Shown: positions 42,315 to 54,827, counted from the stretch's first letter. The stretch: DNA of 64,000 bases from an uncultured Actinomycetes bacterium (GCA_963841735.1 CAWJDT010000001.1:1152001-1216000); one strand, 5' to 3'. The notes: generated by a model from the letters alone, not told the origin. Translations and numbers: made by a program.

Positions 42315-43431
42315 GTGAAACAGGAGCGGGCGGGAAGAGTGCGTTTGTCCGCCGACCTCTACGAGGCGGGCCTGGCCGAATGGGCGCAGCGGTCCGGGGC
42401 GTCCCGCGGCCGCGAGCGTCCCGAAGAGCCGTGTACCTTGCGGACGGAGTTTCAGCGCGACCGCGACCGGGTGGTGCACTGCAAGTCGTTCCGGCGGCTC
42501 AAGCACAAGACCCAGGTCTTTATCGCCCCGGAGGGTGACCACTATCGCACCCGGCTGACGCATACCCTGGAGGTGTCGGGCATTGCGCGTACGGCCGCGC
42601 GGGCCTTGCGGCTCAACGAGGACCTGGCCGAGGCTGTCGCGCTCGGCCACGACCTAGGTCATACCCCTTTCGGCCACGCCGGCGAGAGCGTCATCGATCA
42701 GATGCTGCGCGACCTGGGCGCCGGAGGGTTTGAGCACAACGAGCAGAGCGCCCGGGTGGTGGAGGTACTGGAAGACGACGGCCGCGGCCTGAACCTCACC
42801 TGGGAGGTGCGCGACGGCATCCGCCACCACTCCGGCGAGTATCCGCCGGCGACTCTGGAGGCCAAGATAGTCCATCTGGCCGATCGCATCGCCTACGTCA
42901 ACCATGATATCGATGACGCGTTGCGGGCTGGGCTGATCACGACGGCCGACCTGCCACCGGGACCGATCACCATCTTGGGAGACTCGGGTAGCGGGCGCAT
43001 CGACGCGCTCGTTCACGACCTGGTGGACAGCAGCTGGGGGCGGGCGGCCGTCGCCCAGACACCAGAGGTGGGCAGCGCTCTGGAAGAGCTGCGCGACGTT
43101 TCTGTTTCAGACGGTCTATCCGCGGGCGCTTGAGCAGGCGGGTGGGGAGAAGGTACGGCGGTTGATCACTGAGTTGATGGATCATTTTCTGGAGCATCCC
43201 GAGGACCTGCCGGCGCCGTTCCTAGCGGCGGCCGCGGACGGGGTGGCCGGGCGCGTGGGCGCGGCAGTCGTCGGCGCGAGTGACGGCGCCGCGGGCGGCG
43301 CGGCTGGAGCCGGCGCCCGGAGTCCGGAGCTCGTGCGGGCGGTCACCGACTACGTGGCAGGGATGACCGATCGCTATGCCCAGCGTCTATACCTCGAGCT
43401 CTTCATGCCCCGCTGCTGGGGCAATCTGTGA
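42315..43431 (+). CDS. dgt: deoxyguanosinetriphosphate triphosphohydrolase-like HD protein (frameshift near 43097)
   Basis: [53 protein letters not shown]. Confidence 0.9.
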
Positions 43432-45327
43432 GCCCTGAGTTGAGCCCGATGATCAAAGACGGCAGCTTGCAGGCGGTGCTGTCGGCGGCGAACATCGTTG
43501 ACGTTATTTCGGGCTACACCAGCCTGCGCAAGCGGGGGGCGACTCATAGCGGCCTGTGCCCGTTTCATCAGGAGAAGACCCCGTCATTCACCGTGAGCGC
43601 CGACAAGGGCCTGTACTACTGTTTCGGATGCGGAGAAGGTGGAGACGTCGTCCGCTTTCTGGAGCGTAAGGAGAACCTTTCCTTCAGCGAGGTCATCGAG
43701 CAGTTGGGCGAGCGGTTCGGCGTGCCGGTGGAATACGAAGAGGGGGCTGGTCCCGACAGCGGTCGCAAGGAGCGCGACGCCCGCCTGCTGCAACTGCTCG
43801 ACCGGGCGTCGAAGTTTTATGAGGCGTTGCTGTGGGAATCGGAAAGTGGCCGTGCCGGGCGGGACTATCTGGAGAAGCGTGGGCTGACCACGGAAGTGTG
43901 CCGCGCGTTCCGGGTGGGTTACTCGCCCGAAGGGTGGAGAGGTCTGCACACTCGTGCGACCAAGGAAGGGTTCACCGACCGTGAGCTCGAAGACACGGGG
44001 CTTCTGGTTTGCCAGACGGGAAAGACGTACGATCGCTTCAGAGGTCGTCTTATGTTCCCGCTGGCAGATCACCGCGGAAGGGTCCTGGGCTTTGGGGGGA
44101 GGACGCTGACGGATGAGACTCCTAAGTATCTCAACTCGCCAGAGGGACCCCTATACCAGAAGGGGCGTCTGCTATACGGGCTCTACCAGGCTAGAAAGGC
44201 CGTTGCCGACCTCGATGAGGTCGTGGTGGTAGAGGGCTACACAGACGTGCTGGGGCTGGTGCAGGCCGGCGTGGGCAACGTAGTCGCCTCCATGGGGACT
44301 GCGCTCACCGACGCCCAGGTGGATCTGATGAAGCGCTTCACCGGGAACATCACCTTCATGTTCGATGCCGACCGGGCCGGCACCGAGGCCATGCTGCGTT
44401 CGGGCGAGTTGGCCCGGGGCCATTCGCTGCGGCCCATGGTGGCCGTTTTGCCGGTTGGGAAGGACCCCGCCGACGTGGCCGTGCAAGGCGGTAAGGAGGC
44501 CGTCGCCAAAGTGATGGCCGGCAAGATCTCGCTGCTGGGGTTCGAGCTGCGCCAGGCCCTCGTTCGGGGCGACACTTCCAGCGCCGACGGGCGGGTGCGG
44601 GTGTTCGAGGATGCGCAGAGGATCATGGCCGGGGCCTCCTCCTTCAAGGAACGAGAAGAGGAGATCCCGCTGTTGGCCGACAGGCTCCGGTTGACGCCCG
44701 AGAGTGTGGAACTGCTGTTGCGAGGCGAGGCACCCCCGGCTCGCGCGAGCGAGCGGGGTTCCAACCCGGCGCGGGCTTCCGGCCGAGAGCGAAGGCCTGG
44801 AGGTGTGCAGGGGCCCGCTGGTAAGGCCCAGCCTTCCATGGCCCGGCGTCTTCTCAGTGGGGAGGCGGCCGTGGAGGGGGACTTCTTGGTGGCGGCGGCC
44901 TGCAATCCGGCCCTTGCCGGCGACATGCTCCAGGCCTTGACCCCCGAGCATTTCGCCGATCCGCGTAACCGCGAAGTGTTCTTGGGTCTCCGCGAAGCGC
45001 TCGCGGCGGTGACCGGCCCTCGAGGACCACCAGGCCGCACTGGCCAAGCTCAAAGTGCACGCCCACGGCAGTTCCGATGCCGGTCCGCTTTTCGTGCGTC
45101 TGGTCATGGAGGCAGACCAAGGACAGTACGCTCCGGCAACGCTCGAGCTGATCCATCTTCGTCTTCAGGAACAGTACCTAGGTCGCGAGATCAGCGCGAA
45201 GCAGGGCGCGCTTGATCGCGGCGACGACACAGAGCAGGCGCAGCGGCGTCTTTTCAAGCTTCAGCGTCTGCACCAACAGGTGCGAGAGCGCATCAAGAGC
45301 TACGACCCGGACGAGGGGCGGGGTTGA
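43428..45327 (+). CDS. dnaG: DNA primase (frameshift near 45017)
   Basis: [46 protein letters not shown]. Confidence 0.93.
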
Positions 45328-45328
45328 G

Positions 45329-46414
45329 ATGGCACCGGACGACTCAGCGCTGACGGCCGATGTCCTGCAGGGAGTGCTGGAACAGGCTCAGACCCAGGGC
45401 TCTCTTACCATTGACGACGTGAGTGGGTTGGTGCAAGACGCCGACTTGGCTCCGGACGAGGTCGAGTTCCTCTACTCCCTGTTGGGCGATCTCGGAGTCG
45501 AGGTGGAAGAAGAACAGGCTGAGGAGCAGGAAGACTTCTCGGAGGAAGAGGAGTTTCTCGGCCTGCTCGACGTGACCATCGACCACACTGTCGACGATCC
45601 GGTACGCATGTACCTGCGCGAGATAGGCAAGATCCGATTGTTGTCTTCGGACGAGGAGATCGAGCTGGCCAGGCTGATCGAGAAGAAGGACGTGGAGGCC
45701 AAGCGCCGGCTGACCGAGGCCAATCTGCGCCTGGTTGTCTCCATCGCCAAGCGCTACATGGGCCGGGGGCTGCTGTTCCTTGACCTCATCCAAGAAGGGA
45801 ATTTGGGCCTGATCAGGGCGGTGGAGAAGTTCGACCACCGGCTGGGGTACAAGTTCTCCACCTATGCCACCTGGTGGATCCGCCAGGCCGTTACCCGGGC
45901 TATCGCCGATCAGGCGCGTACCATCCGGGTGCCGGTGCATGCCGTAGAGACGATGAACAAGCTCAATCGCATCCATAGGGAACTGCTGCAGACCAGCGGC
46001 CGCGAGCCCACGGTGAACGAGATGGCCGCCGTTCTGGGGGTCAGCCCTGGCAAAGTCAGGGACATCCAGAAAGCAACCCAAGAGCCCGTGTCGTTGGAGA
46101 CCCGGGTGGGGGACGATGAGGACTCGGAACTGGGAGACTTCATCGCGGATGCCGACGCCGACCAGCCGATCGAGGTGGTTTTCAGGGAGATCCGACGAGA
46201 GGAACTCTTCCGGGTTTTGGACAGCTTGCCCGAGCGTGACCGCAAGGTGCTCGAACTGCGCTTTGGCTTGAAAGGAGAGCGTCCTCGCACTCTGGAAGAG
46301 GTGGGCGAACGGTTTGGCGTGACCAGGGAGCGCATCCGCCAGGTGGAAGCCAAGACCCTGAAGCGTCTGAAGAACTATCGTAATGCTCAGGCCTTGCGCG
46401 ATATCGAGAGCTGA
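45329..46414 (+). CDS. rpoD: RNA polymerase sigma factor RpoD/SigA type (dnaG-linked)
   Basis: [51 protein letters not shown]. Confidence 0.92.
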   Translation: MAPDDSALTADVLQGVLEQAQTQGSLTIDDVSGLVQDADLAPDEVEFLYSLLGDLGVEVEEEQAEEQEDFSEEEEFLGLLDVTIDHTVDDPVRMYLREIGKIRLLSSDEEIELARLIEKKDVEAKRRLTEANLRLVVSIAKRYMGRGLLFLDLIQEGNLGLIRAVEKFDHRLGYKFSTYATWWIRQAVTRAIADQARTIRVPVHAVETMNKLNRIHRELLQTSGREPTVNEMAAVLGVSPGKVRDIQKATQEPVSLETRVGDDEDSELGDFIADADADQPIEVVFREIRREELFRVLDSLPERDRKVLELRFGLKGERPRTLEEVGERFGVTRERIRQVEAKTLKRLKNYRNAQALRDIES

Positions 46415-46576
46415 AGAGTGCTCGAGGGGTCCAAAAATCCCTTTTGCCAAGCCTTGACCCAGCCCTCGCCTTCAGCTAGTGTTGGCGCTGCAGGTCTGGA
46501 GAACACCGGGCCGAGTGCGTTAGAGTGGGGTGGGCCCGGCTACCGTGTCGCCCCGGAACACATGGAGGTTGTAGGG

Positions 46577-46777
46577 TTGGCTGAGGGGACTGTCAAGTGG
46601 TTTAGTCCCGAAAAGGGCTACGGATTCATTGAGCAGCCGGAGGGGGAAGATCTCTTCGTACATTTCAGTGAGATCCAAGTCGAGGGGTTTCGGACACTCA
46701 CAGAGGGACAGGCTGTCCGGTTCGACGTAGTTCAGGGTCCAAAGGGCCTTCAGGCGTCGAACGTGGTGGCCGTGTAG
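46577..46777 (+). CDS. cold-shock protein
   Basis: [30 protein letters not shown]; GGAGG RBS and TTG start. Confidence 0.93.
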   Translation: MAEGTVKWFSPEKGYGFIEQPEGEDLFVHFSEIQVEGFRTLTEGQAVRFDVVQGPKGLQASNVVAV

Positions 46778-46808
46778 CAGACGAAGAGTCGTCTGTTCCA
46801 GCAAACAG

Positions 46809-46836
46809 AGCCCCGCTTAGGCGGGGCTTTTTCTTT
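46809..46836 (+). terminator. Rho-independent terminator
   Basis: AGCCCCGC-TTAG-GCGGGGCT followed by TTTTCTTT. Confidence 0.85.
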
Positions 46837-46987
46837 ATCTGGGTATGCTGATCCGTCTTGAAACGGGCTAAAGGTCCTCGACCCGGTGCCGATACGGAAT
46901 GTGAGAGTCTCCCATTCAAGACTCTTCTTTCTCCTCTCGGGCGCCTGCCAAGGGCGCCCACTTATTTTGGCTATAATCCAGCGCATC

Positions 46988-47269
46988 ATGATTTCGCGCG
47001 AAGAAGTAGAGAACGTGGCGCGCTTGGCGCGCCTTCACTTTGATGACGACGAACTGGCTCGCCTGCAACAGGAGCTGGGCCAGATCATCGATTATGTGCA
47101 GCAGTTGGCCGGACTGGACCTATCCGGCTTGGAGCCCACCTCGTACGCGGTTCCCCTCAAGAACGTATTGCGGCCGGATGAACCGGTAGCCGGTCTCTCG
47201 CAGGCCGACGCGGTGGGCAACGGTCCGGACGTGGAGCGGGGGCAGTTCGTCGTGCCCCGGATAGGGTGA
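46988..47269 (+). CDS. gatC: Asp/Glu-tRNA amidotransferase subunit C
   Basis: MISREEVENVARLARL...EPT...NVLRPD...FVVPRI; TATAAT at 46972. Confidence 0.93.
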   Translation: MISREEVENVARLARLHFDDDELARLQQELGQIIDYVQQLAGLDLSGLEPTSYAVPLKNVLRPDEPVAGLSQADAVGNGPDVERGQFVVPRIG

Positions 47270-48801
47270 GCGGCATGAGTCCGACTACGAGCGGGGCCGG
47301 CCCCTCCGCCGGCGCCGGCGGAGGGGCCACCTTGGACGTCACCACCCTGACCGCCTGCCGCTGCCGGGACCTTCTGGCCGGCGGGGAGGTATCGGCGGTA
47401 GAGCTGACCAGCGCCTACCTAGACCACATCGCCGCCATCGACGGAGCAGTGCAGGCCTACCTGGCGGTGGACAAGGCTGGTGCTCTGGCCGCCGCGGCTG
47501 CGGTCGATGCCAAGCCGCGGGGCGTAAGGCAACCGTGGGAAGGCGTGCCTATCGGTCTGAAGGACATCCTGTGCGTCAAGGGCATGGAGACCACATGCGC
47601 CTCGCGCATCCTCAAGGGGTATATGCCGCCGTACGACGCCACCGTGATCGCCAAGCTGCGCGATGCCGGCCTCATCTTCTTGGGCAAGCTGAATATGGAC
47701 GAGTTTGCAATGGGCAGTTCCACTGAGAACTCTGCCTTTCAGACCACACGGAACCCCTGGGACCTCGACCGGGTACCGGGCGGCTCCAGTGGCGGCTCCG
47801 CAGCCTGCGTCGCCGCCGCCGAGGCTCCCTGGGCCCTCGGCACCGACACCGGCGGCTCCATCAGGCAGCCCGCCTCGTTGTGCGGCGTTGTGGGTCTGAA
47901 GCCCACCTACGGCGCCGTGAGCCGCTACGGGTTGATAGCGTTCGCCAGCTCGCTCGACCAGATAGGCCCCTTGACGCGCAACGTCCGCGACGCGGGAGCC
48001 CTCCTCGACCTCATCGCTGGGCGTGACCCCAGGGACTGCACCAGCATCGGCCTGGCTGAGCCGGCCGGAGAGCCGGGGCGCACCGACCTCACAGGGCTGC
48101 GCTTTGGGGTGATCAGGGAATTCACCGGCGACGCGTGCGAGCCTGGGGTGCGCGAGGTGTTCGATACCGCGGTCGATGCCGTGTCGGCGTTGGGTGGAGT
48201 GTGCGAAGAGGTGAGCCTGCCCAGCACCGAGCGGGGCATCGCCGCCTATTACCTTATCGCCCCCTCGGAGGCCAGCTCCAACCTGGCCCGGTTCGACGGG
48301 GTCCGTTACGGTCACCGCACCGCTCGGAGCGAAGACCTCTACGAGATGTACGTACGCACCCGCAGCGAGGGGTTCGGGGCGGAGGTCAAGCGCCGCATCA
48401 TGATAGGCACCTATGCGCTATCTTCGGGCTACTACGACGCCTACTACGCCCAGGCCCAGCGGACCCGCACCCTCATCATCCAAGACTTCGCGCAGGCCTT
48501 CGGGCACTTCGACTTTCTCATCTCGCCCACGTCGCCCACCGTGGCCTTCAAGATCGGGGAGCGCACGGCCGACCCTCTGGCCATGTACCTCTCCGACCTA
48601 TGCACCATCCCGGTGAACCTGGCCGGGCTGCCCGCTATCAGCATCCCGGCGGGGTTTGCGGCCGGACTGCCGGTGGGGTTGCAGATCATCGGCCCGCATT
48701 TTTGCGAGCGGGGGCTGCTGGGTGCGGCCTATGCGCTGGAGCAGAAGCTGTCCGTAGGTGTGACGCCGCCACTGGCCGCCATCGCCGGAGGAGTTCGATG
48801 A
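47266..48801 (+). CDS. gatA: Asp/Glu-tRNA amidotransferase subunit A
   Basis: NMDEFAMGSSTE, PGGSSGGSAA, GTDTGGSIRQPA, EVKRRIMIGTY. Confidence 0.97.
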   Translation: MSGMSPTTSGAGPSAGAGGGATLDVTTLTACRCRDLLAGGEVSAVELTSAYLDHIAAIDGAVQAYLAVDKAGALAAAAAVDAKPRGVRQPWEGVPIGLKDILCVKGMETTCASRILKGYMPPYDATVIAKLRDAGLIFLGKLNMDEFAMGSSTENSAFQTTRNPWDLDRVPGGSSGGSAACVAAAEAPWALGTDTGGSIRQPASLCGVVGLKPTYGAVSRYGLIAFASSLDQIGPLTRNVRDAGALLDLIAGRDPRDCTSIGLAEPAGEPGRTDLTGLRFGVIREFTGDACEPGVREVFDTAVDAVSALGGVCEEVSLPSTERGIAAYYLIAPSEASSNLARFDGVRYGHRTARSEDLYEMYVRTRSEGFGAEVKRRIMIGTYALSSGYYDAYYAQAQRTRTLIIQDFAQAFGHFDFLISPTSPTVAFKIGERTADPLAMYLSDLCTIPVNLAGLPAISIPAGFAAGLPVGLQIIGPHFCERGLLGAAYALEQKLSVGVTPPLAAIAGGVR

Positions 48802-50312
48802 GCGCCGAACGGGGCAAGGGCAGCGCCGCCGCCGCGGCCGGCGGCGAGACCTGGGAGCCCGTCATCGGCCTGGAGATCCACGTGCAGCTCAACACCCGCA
48901 CCAAGATGTTCTGCGGATGCCGGGTTACCTTTGGAGAACCGCCCAACACGCATGTCTGCCCCGTCTGTCTGGGGCATCCGGGCGTGCTGCCGGTTACCAA
49001 CGAGAAGGCCGTGGAATACGCCACCCGCATCGCGTTGGCTCTCGACTGTCGCGTCGCGGAGCGCACCATCTTCCACCGCAAGAACTACTTCTATCCCGAT
49101 CTGCCCAAGGCCTATCAGATCTCTCAGTTCGACCTGCCTTTGGGCATCGGCGGCCATCTGGATGTGGAACTGGACGACGGGAGCGGCCTGCGGGTCGGCA
49201 TTACCCGCGTGCATATGGAGGAAGACGCGGGCAAGCTGGTGCACGCAGGCGGCGCCTCGGGTCGCATCGACGGGGCCGACTATTCCTTGGTGGATTTCAA
49301 CCGGGGCGGCACGCCTCTGGTGGAGATAGTGAGCGAGCCCGACATCTCCACCCCCGATCAGGCCAGGGCCTTCATGAACCAGTTGCGCAACTTGGTGCAG
49401 CAACTCGGGGTCTCCGACGTCAACATGGAGGAAGGCTCGCTACGCTGTGACGCCAACGTCTCGCTGCGCCGGCCGGGAGGGCCCCTGGGCACCAAGACCG
49501 AGCTCAAGAACATGAACTCCTTCCGCTTTCTGCAACGGGGGCTCGAAGCGGAGATCGAGCGGCAGACGGCGACCCTCGAGTCGGGCGGTCGCGTCGTGCA
49601 GGCGACGGTGCACTTCGACCCGGCCACCGGCCAGGTCTCTAGTCTGCGCAGCAAAGAGGAGGCGCACGACTACCGCTACTTCCCCGAGCCCGACCTGACC
49701 CCTATCGAGCTTGATGAGGCCTACGTGGACCGGGTGCGCGCCACCCTGCCTGAACTACCGGCGGCCCGCAAGGATAGGCTGGCCACCGAGTATGGCCTGT
49801 CCGGCAAGGACGCGGCGCTGTTGGCCACCAACAAGCCACTGGGCGACTACTTCGAGCGCCTGGCGGCCGCGTGCGGCGATGCGCGCACGGCGGCAGTGTG
49901 GGCGCTGGGCGACCTGTCTGCCTATCTGAATGCTGCTGGTCTGGAAGTGACGGAGTGTCCTGTCGGCGCCGAGGCCCTGGCCGAGCTTGTCGGGCTCGTG
50001 AGCGACGGCACTCTTTCGGGCAAAATGGCCAAGGAGGTCTTCGAGGCCATGACCGTCACCGGCAAGAGCGCCAAGGAGGTTGTCGCCGAGAAGGGTCTGG
50101 GGCAGATCTCCGATTCGGGTGAGCTGGAGGTCATCGTGGCCCGCATCGTGGCGGATAATCCTGGTCCGGCCGAGGAGTTCCGGCAGGGACGCGACCGGGT
50201 GTTGGGCTTCTTCGTCGGCCAAGTGATGAAGGAGACCCGAGGCCAGGCAAACCCGCAGATGGTCAACACATTACTGCATAAGCACCTGGGTCCTCAGGTC
50301 TCCCAAGGTTGA
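48798..50312 (+). CDS. gatB: Asp/Glu-tRNA amidotransferase subunit B
   Basis: IGLEIHVQL, RKNYFYPDLPKAYQISQ, HMEEDAGK, DYRYFPEPDL. Confidence 0.97.
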   Translation: MSAERGKGSAAAAAGGETWEPVIGLEIHVQLNTRTKMFCGCRVTFGEPPNTHVCPVCLGHPGVLPVTNEKAVEYATRIALALDCRVAERTIFHRKNYFYPDLPKAYQISQFDLPLGIGGHLDVELDDGSGLRVGITRVHMEEDAGKLVHAGGASGRIDGADYSLVDFNRGGTPLVEIVSEPDISTPDQARAFMNQLRNLVQQLGVSDVNMEEGSLRCDANVSLRRPGGPLGTKTELKNMNSFRFLQRGLEAEIERQTATLESGGRVVQATVHFDPATGQVSSLRSKEEAHDYRYFPEPDLTPIELDEAYVDRVRATLPELPAARKDRLATEYGLSGKDAALLATNKPLGDYFERLAAACGDARTAAVWALGDLSAYLNAAGLEVTECPVGAEALAELVGLVSDGTLSGKMAKEVFEAMTVTGKSAKEVVAEKGLGQISDSGELEVIVARIVADNPGPAEEFRQGRDRVLGFFVGQVMKETRGQANPQMVNTLLHKHLGPQVSQG

Positions 50313-50416
50313 AAACCCGGACTATCTCTGGTACCTTGCCTTACCTTTGAGGACCGGGTCCCTCCCGGTTTCGACAGAGGATCGGGTAACGGTCAAACCA
50401 CCAGGAAGGTGTCGGC

Positions 50417-50743
50417 GTGGCGCATTCCGCAGATTTACACCCGGAACTCTGCCCCGTCCTAAGGGCTGCAGAAGTCATCTCAGGCAAATGGACTCTTCTT
50501 ATCCTGCGCGACCTTTCCAAAGGCATCAATCGTTTCAGTGGCTTGGAGCGTTCGCTGTCCGGAATCAGCCCCAAGACGCTGTCTGAGCGCCTGAAGCAGC
50601 TGGAGAAGTCCGGCGTAGTGACGCGCAAGAGCTTCGCCGAGGTGCCGCCCAGAGTTGAGTACACGCTCACTGAGATGGGCCTGGACCTGATCCCTCTTAT
50701 CGACCATTTGCGCGAATACGGCGTCAAGTGGCTCAGCGACTGA
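50417..50743 (+). CDS. HxlR-family winged-helix regulator
   Basis: CPV...GKWTLLILRDL...ISPKTLSERLKQLE...VPPRVEYTLT. Confidence 0.92.
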   Translation: MAHSADLHPELCPVLRAAEVISGKWTLLILRDLSKGINRFSGLERSLSGISPKTLSERLKQLEKSGVVTRKSFAEVPPRVEYTLTEMGLDLIPLIDHLREYGVKWLSD

Positions 50744-50804
50744 CGCCAGCGCCTACCGAGTCTCATAAGATGACGCGCGTGGAGCGCAGGTACATGGTCC
50801 ACCT

Positions 50805-51944
50805 TTGGGGGGGCGGGAATTGACAGGAACGCCTGCTTCAGAAGGCTGGGTTATCAACCCCGAAGAGGTTGATGCGCTTGTTGAGTTGGGCCGCGGGCGT
50901 GGGTTTGTCACGGCCGAGGACATCGCTGAGGTCCTGTCTGAGCTGGACCTCACTACCGAACAGATCGAGTCCATGTACACCACTCTGCTCGATCAGGGCA
51001 TCGAAGTGGTGGACGAGACTTCGGCGGACGCGGAAGAAGAGCTTGAGCTGGATGTTCGGGCGGAGCGGCAGGAATGGCGCCGGGGGGCGGACGAGCTCGA
51101 CCTATCCGTGGACGTTCCCACTACCGATCCGGTGCGCATGTACCTCAAGGAGATCGGCCGAGTCAAGCTGCTCACAGCCCAGCAGGAGGTCTCTCTGGCC
51201 AAGCGCATCGAGCGGGGCGATATTCGAGCCAAGCATGAGCTGACCGAAGCTAACCTCCGCCTGGTGGTCTCCATCGCCAAGCGCTACCACACCGACGGAA
51301 TGGCCTTTCTTGATTTGATCCAAGAGGGGAATCTGGGTCTCATTCGCGCGGTGGAGAAGTTTGACTACCGCAAAGGGCACAAGTTCTCCACCTACGCGAC
51401 CTGGTGGATCAGGCAGGCCATCACCCGGGCCATCGCCGACAAGGCCCGCACCATCCGCATCCCCGTGCACATGGTGGAGAAGATCAACAAGCTTATCCGG
51501 GTGCAGCGGCAGCTCTTGCAGAACATGGGGCGGGAGCCCGCTCCCGAGGAGATCGCCTCCGAGATGAGCATGAGTGACGCCGAGATCCGCGAGATCCTGC
51601 GCATCAGTCAGACCACCGTTTCGCTGGAGACTCCGATAGGCGAAGAAGAGGATTCAGAATTAGGCGATTTCATCGAAGACGAGGACGCCGTGCGCTCCTT
51701 CGACGCAGTCGCCCTGCAGCTTGACCGCGACGGGGTAAACGAAGCCCTGGCTATGCTTCCCTACCGGGAGCGCAAGGTCATCGAACTCCGCTTCGGCCTC
51801 AAGGGCGAGCACCCACGCACCCTAGAAGAGGTGGCGAAGCGGTTCGGGGTCACCCGGGAACGCATACGTCAGATCGAGGCGAAGGCCTTGGCCAAGCTGC
51901 AGGCCATCGACAAGACCCGCAACCTGCGGACCAAGGTGCAATAG
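50805..51944 (+). CDS. second RpoD-type sigma-70 factor with region 1.1
   Basis: [12 protein letters not shown] (region 1.1), [39 protein letters not shown]; exact start uncertain. Confidence 0.9.
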   Translation: MGGRELTGTPASEGWVINPEEVDALVELGRGRGFVTAEDIAEVLSELDLTTEQIESMYTTLLDQGIEVVDETSADAEEELELDVRAERQEWRRGADELDLSVDVPTTDPVRMYLKEIGRVKLLTAQQEVSLAKRIERGDIRAKHELTEANLRLVVSIAKRYHTDGMAFLDLIQEGNLGLIRAVEKFDYRKGHKFSTYATWWIRQAITRAIADKARTIRIPVHMVEKINKLIRVQRQLLQNMGREPAPEEIASEMSMSDAEIREILRISQTTVSLETPIGEEEDSELGDFIEDEDAVRSFDAVALQLDRDGVNEALAMLPYRERKVIELRFGLKGEHPRTLEEVAKRFGVTRERIRQIEAKALAKLQAIDKTRNLRTKVQ

Positions 51945-52115
51945 CGCCGGCGCCTGCGGGGCGTCGCTGCTCCGCCAGCGTTCAAGGTCTCACGAGCGCT
52001 CCGCAACGACACCCCGCCGGCGCCATCGCCGTGACGGCTGGGGTTTGACCATTCTCCCGCTGGGGCACCCTTCTTGAGGAACTGAGCCGCCACCCAGCAT
52101 CTAGGGAGCCCATAC

Positions 52116-54827
52116 TTGGACCCAAGCGACAAGTTGAATCCAGCGCCTGGCGAGGATGCCTGTCCGCTTCGCCCGACCGACGACGCCGTTCTCGCACAGG
52201 GCGCGCCGTCAGCACACTCCGAGGGAGTGGTCACCACCTCCTTCCCCGTTGCGGGCATGCACTGCGCCGCCTGCGTGGCCCGGGTGGAAAAAGCTCTGGC
52301 TGCGGTTCCGGGGGTGGAACAGGCGGCGGCCAATTTCGCCACCGAGAAGGCACAGGTGCGCTTCGATCCGGCCGCGACGTCGGTGGGCGATCTGGTGGAG
52401 GCGGTGCGCTCGGCGGGATACGAAGTGGCCACCGTAACGGCCACCTACCCGCTCTTGGGCCTGCACTGCGCCGCCTGCGTGGCCCGGGTGGAGAAGATCG
52501 TTCAGGGGCTGCCGGGAGTGACGAAGGCGGCCGTGAACCTGGCTTCCGAGAAGCTCACCGTGACCTATCTGTCGCAGGTCATCGCCTTGGCCGAGATAGG
52601 CAAGGCCGTGGACGGCGCGGGCTACCAGTTGGTGGTCGGATCCGGGCCGGGCGCCGCGGGGTCTGCTGGGGCCGAAGCCGCCGATCCAACCGTCATAGCC
52701 GACGCCGCGCGGCGGAAACAGCTCCGGCTCATTCTGGCGAAGTTCATCACCGCCTTGGCGGTCGGGGCTATCCTGATGCTGATGATGCTCATCCCCGAGT
52801 CTTGGTTGAGCATGGAACGGCAGTGGCTGATCATGTTCGTGCTGGCCACACCGGTGCAGCTCTGGGCTGGGTGGCAGTTCTACCGAGGGGCGTGGGCGGC
52901 GCTGCGCCATCGGACCAGCGATATGAACACCCTGATCGCGGTGGGGACGACGGTGGCCTATCTCTATTCCGCCGCTGTGACGTTCTTCCCGAGCGCTTTC
53001 GAAGGGGCGAAGGGCGCCGGCTTCAAGGCCGCTGTCTACTACGACTCGGCCGTGATCATCATCGGGCTCATCTTGCTGGGGCGCTACCTGGAGGCGCGGG
53101 CCAAGGGGCAGACCGGGGCGGCGATGCGGCGGCTCATGGGTCTGCAGGCCAAGACGGCACGGGTGTTGCGCGAGGCGGCGCCCGCAACCGGCCATGCCGC
53201 GGCAGTCGCGGGCGATGCGGCGGCGGGCAAGGCGATCGAGATGGACATCCCCGTTGAGGAAGTGGTGGTGGGCGACGTGGTGGTCGTCCGGCCGGGTGAG
53301 AAGATCCCGGTGGACGGCGAGGTGCTCGAAGGGCGCTCGGCGGTGGACGAGTCGATGCTCACAGGCGAGTCCATCCCGGTGGAGAAGGGCCCGGGCGACG
53401 AGGTCATCGGCGCCACTCTCAACCGCACCGGGTCGTTCCGCTTTCGGGCGACAAAGGTGGGGCGTGACACCGCTCTGGCGCAGATCGTGCGCCTGGTGGA
53501 AGAAGCTCAGGGCTCCAAGGCTCCCATCCAGCGAATGGCCGACTACATCGCCAGCATCTTCGTGCCGGTGGTGTTGGCGGTGGCCGCGGCGACTTTCCTT
53601 ATCTGGTACTTCGTGGGACCGGAGCCGGCGGTCACATTGGCCCTGCTGGCCTTCGTCTCGGTAGTGGTGATCGCCTGTCCATGCGCCATGGGTCTGGCGA
53701 CGCCGACCGCTATCGTAGTGGGAACGGGCAAGGGTGCCGAGAACGGCATTCTCATCCGTTCGGGGGAGGCTCTGGAGCGGGCGCACAAGCTCGATGTCAT
53801 CGTTCTGGACAAGACCGGGACCCTCACTCTGGGCAAACCGGCTGTGACCGACGTGGTGGCGGCGGCAGGCGGCGCGGCGGGGGGTGCGGGACACGGCGCG
53901 GCGGGCGCCGGCGCCGTTGAAGCGGAGCTGCTGCTGATGGCGGCCTCGGCCGAGCGGGGTTCGGAACACCCGCTGGGGGAGGCGATCGTGGAGGCGGCCC
54001 GGGCCCAGGGATTGGAGCTGCTTGAGGTGACGGATTTCGACGCCATTCCTGGCAAGGGAGTGGAGGCAACGCTGCAGCGGCCGGGAGCGGACGCGACGTC
54101 TGGCGAGGCTACGTCGGTGAGAGTGCTTCTTGGCAACCGGCGGCTTCTGGACGAGCGCGGCTATGCCACGGGCGACCTGGAGGCCGCTGCCGAGCGCTTA
54201 GCCGAGGAGGGCAAGACCCCCATGTTCGTGGTGCTGGACGGCAGGGTGGCCGGCATGATCGGGGTGGCGGACGTTCTGAAGCCCGACTCCGTGGGCGCGG
54301 TGCGTGGTCTTCAGGAGCTGGGGCTCGAGGTCTACATGATCACCGGCGATAACCAGCGTACGGCGGATGCCATCGCTCGGCAGGTGGGCATCAAGAACGT
54401 GCTGGCTGAGGTTCTGCCCGAGCAGAAGGCGCAGGCGGTGAAGGACTTACAGGCTGCCGGCAAGGTGGTGGCCATGGTGGGCGACGGCATCAACGACGCT
54501 CCGGCGCTGGCTCAGGCCGACATAGGCATCGCCATAGGTACCGGCACCGACGTGGCCATGGAGACCTCCGACATCACACTCATCCGGGGCGACCTGACGC
54601 CTATCGGCACGGCTATCAAGCTCAGCCGGGCGACCATGCGCATCATCAAGCAGAACCTGGGCTGGGCTTTTGGCTACAACATCGCCCTCATTCCGGTGGC
54701 TGCTGGGGTGCTCTACCCGGCCTTCGGGATCCTACTCGACCCGGTATACGCGGCTGTGGCCATGGCGTTGTCGTCGGTGAGCGTGCTGTCGAATTCGCTG
54801 AGGCTGCGGCGCTTTCGGGCGGAGTAG
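52116..54827 (+). CDS. copA: Cu(+)-type heavy-metal P1B ATPase with two HMA domains
   Basis: Two HCAAC motifs, [36 protein letters not shown] and MALSS. Confidence 0.93.
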   Translation: MDPSDKLNPAPGEDACPLRPTDDAVLAQGAPSAHSEGVVTTSFPVAGMHCAACVARVEKALAAVPGVEQAAANFATEKAQVRFDPAATSVGDLVEAVRSAGYEVATVTATYPLLGLHCAACVARVEKIVQGLPGVTKAAVNLASEKLTVTYLSQVIALAEIGKAVDGAGYQLVVGSGPGAAGSAGAEAADPTVIADAARRKQLRLILAKFITALAVGAILMLMMLIPESWLSMERQWLIMFVLATPVQLWAGWQFYRGAWAALRHRTSDMNTLIAVGTTVAYLYSAAVTFFPSAFEGAKGAGFKAAVYYDSAVIIIGLILLGRYLEARAKGQTGAAMRRLMGLQAKTARVLREAAPATGHAAAVAGDAAAGKAIEMDIPVEEVVVGDVVVVRPGEKIPVDGEVLEGRSAVDESMLTGESIPVEKGPGDEVIGATLNRTGSFRFRATKVGRDTALAQIVRLVEEAQGSKAPIQRMADYIASIFVPVVLAVAAATFLIWYFVGPEPAVTLALLAFVSVVVIACPCAMGLATPTAIVVGTGKGAENGILIRSGEALERAHKLDVIVLDKTGTLTLGKPAVTDVVAAAGGAAGGAGHGAAGAGAVEAELLLMAASAERGSEHPLGEAIVEAARAQGLELLEVTDFDAIPGKGVEATLQRPGADATSGEATSVRVLLGNRRLLDERGYATGDLEAAAERLAEEGKTPMFVVLDGRVAGMIGVADVLKPDSVGAVRGLQELGLEVYMITGDNQRTADAIARQVGIKNVLAEVLPEQKAQAVKDLQAAGKVVAMVGDGINDAPALAQADIGIAIGTGTDVAMETSDITLIRGDLTPIGTAIKLSRATMRIIKQNLGWAFGYNIALIPVAAGVLYPAFGILLDPVYAAVAMALSSVSVLSNSLRLRRFRAE

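Noticed and set aside
39685-53969. Long antisense or alternative-frame ORFs (e.g. 39685-40938, 45344-46450, 52209-53969, 5' extension 48135-48797)
   Set aside because: Shadow ORFs of high-GC coding sequence overlapping well-supported genes, with no motifs
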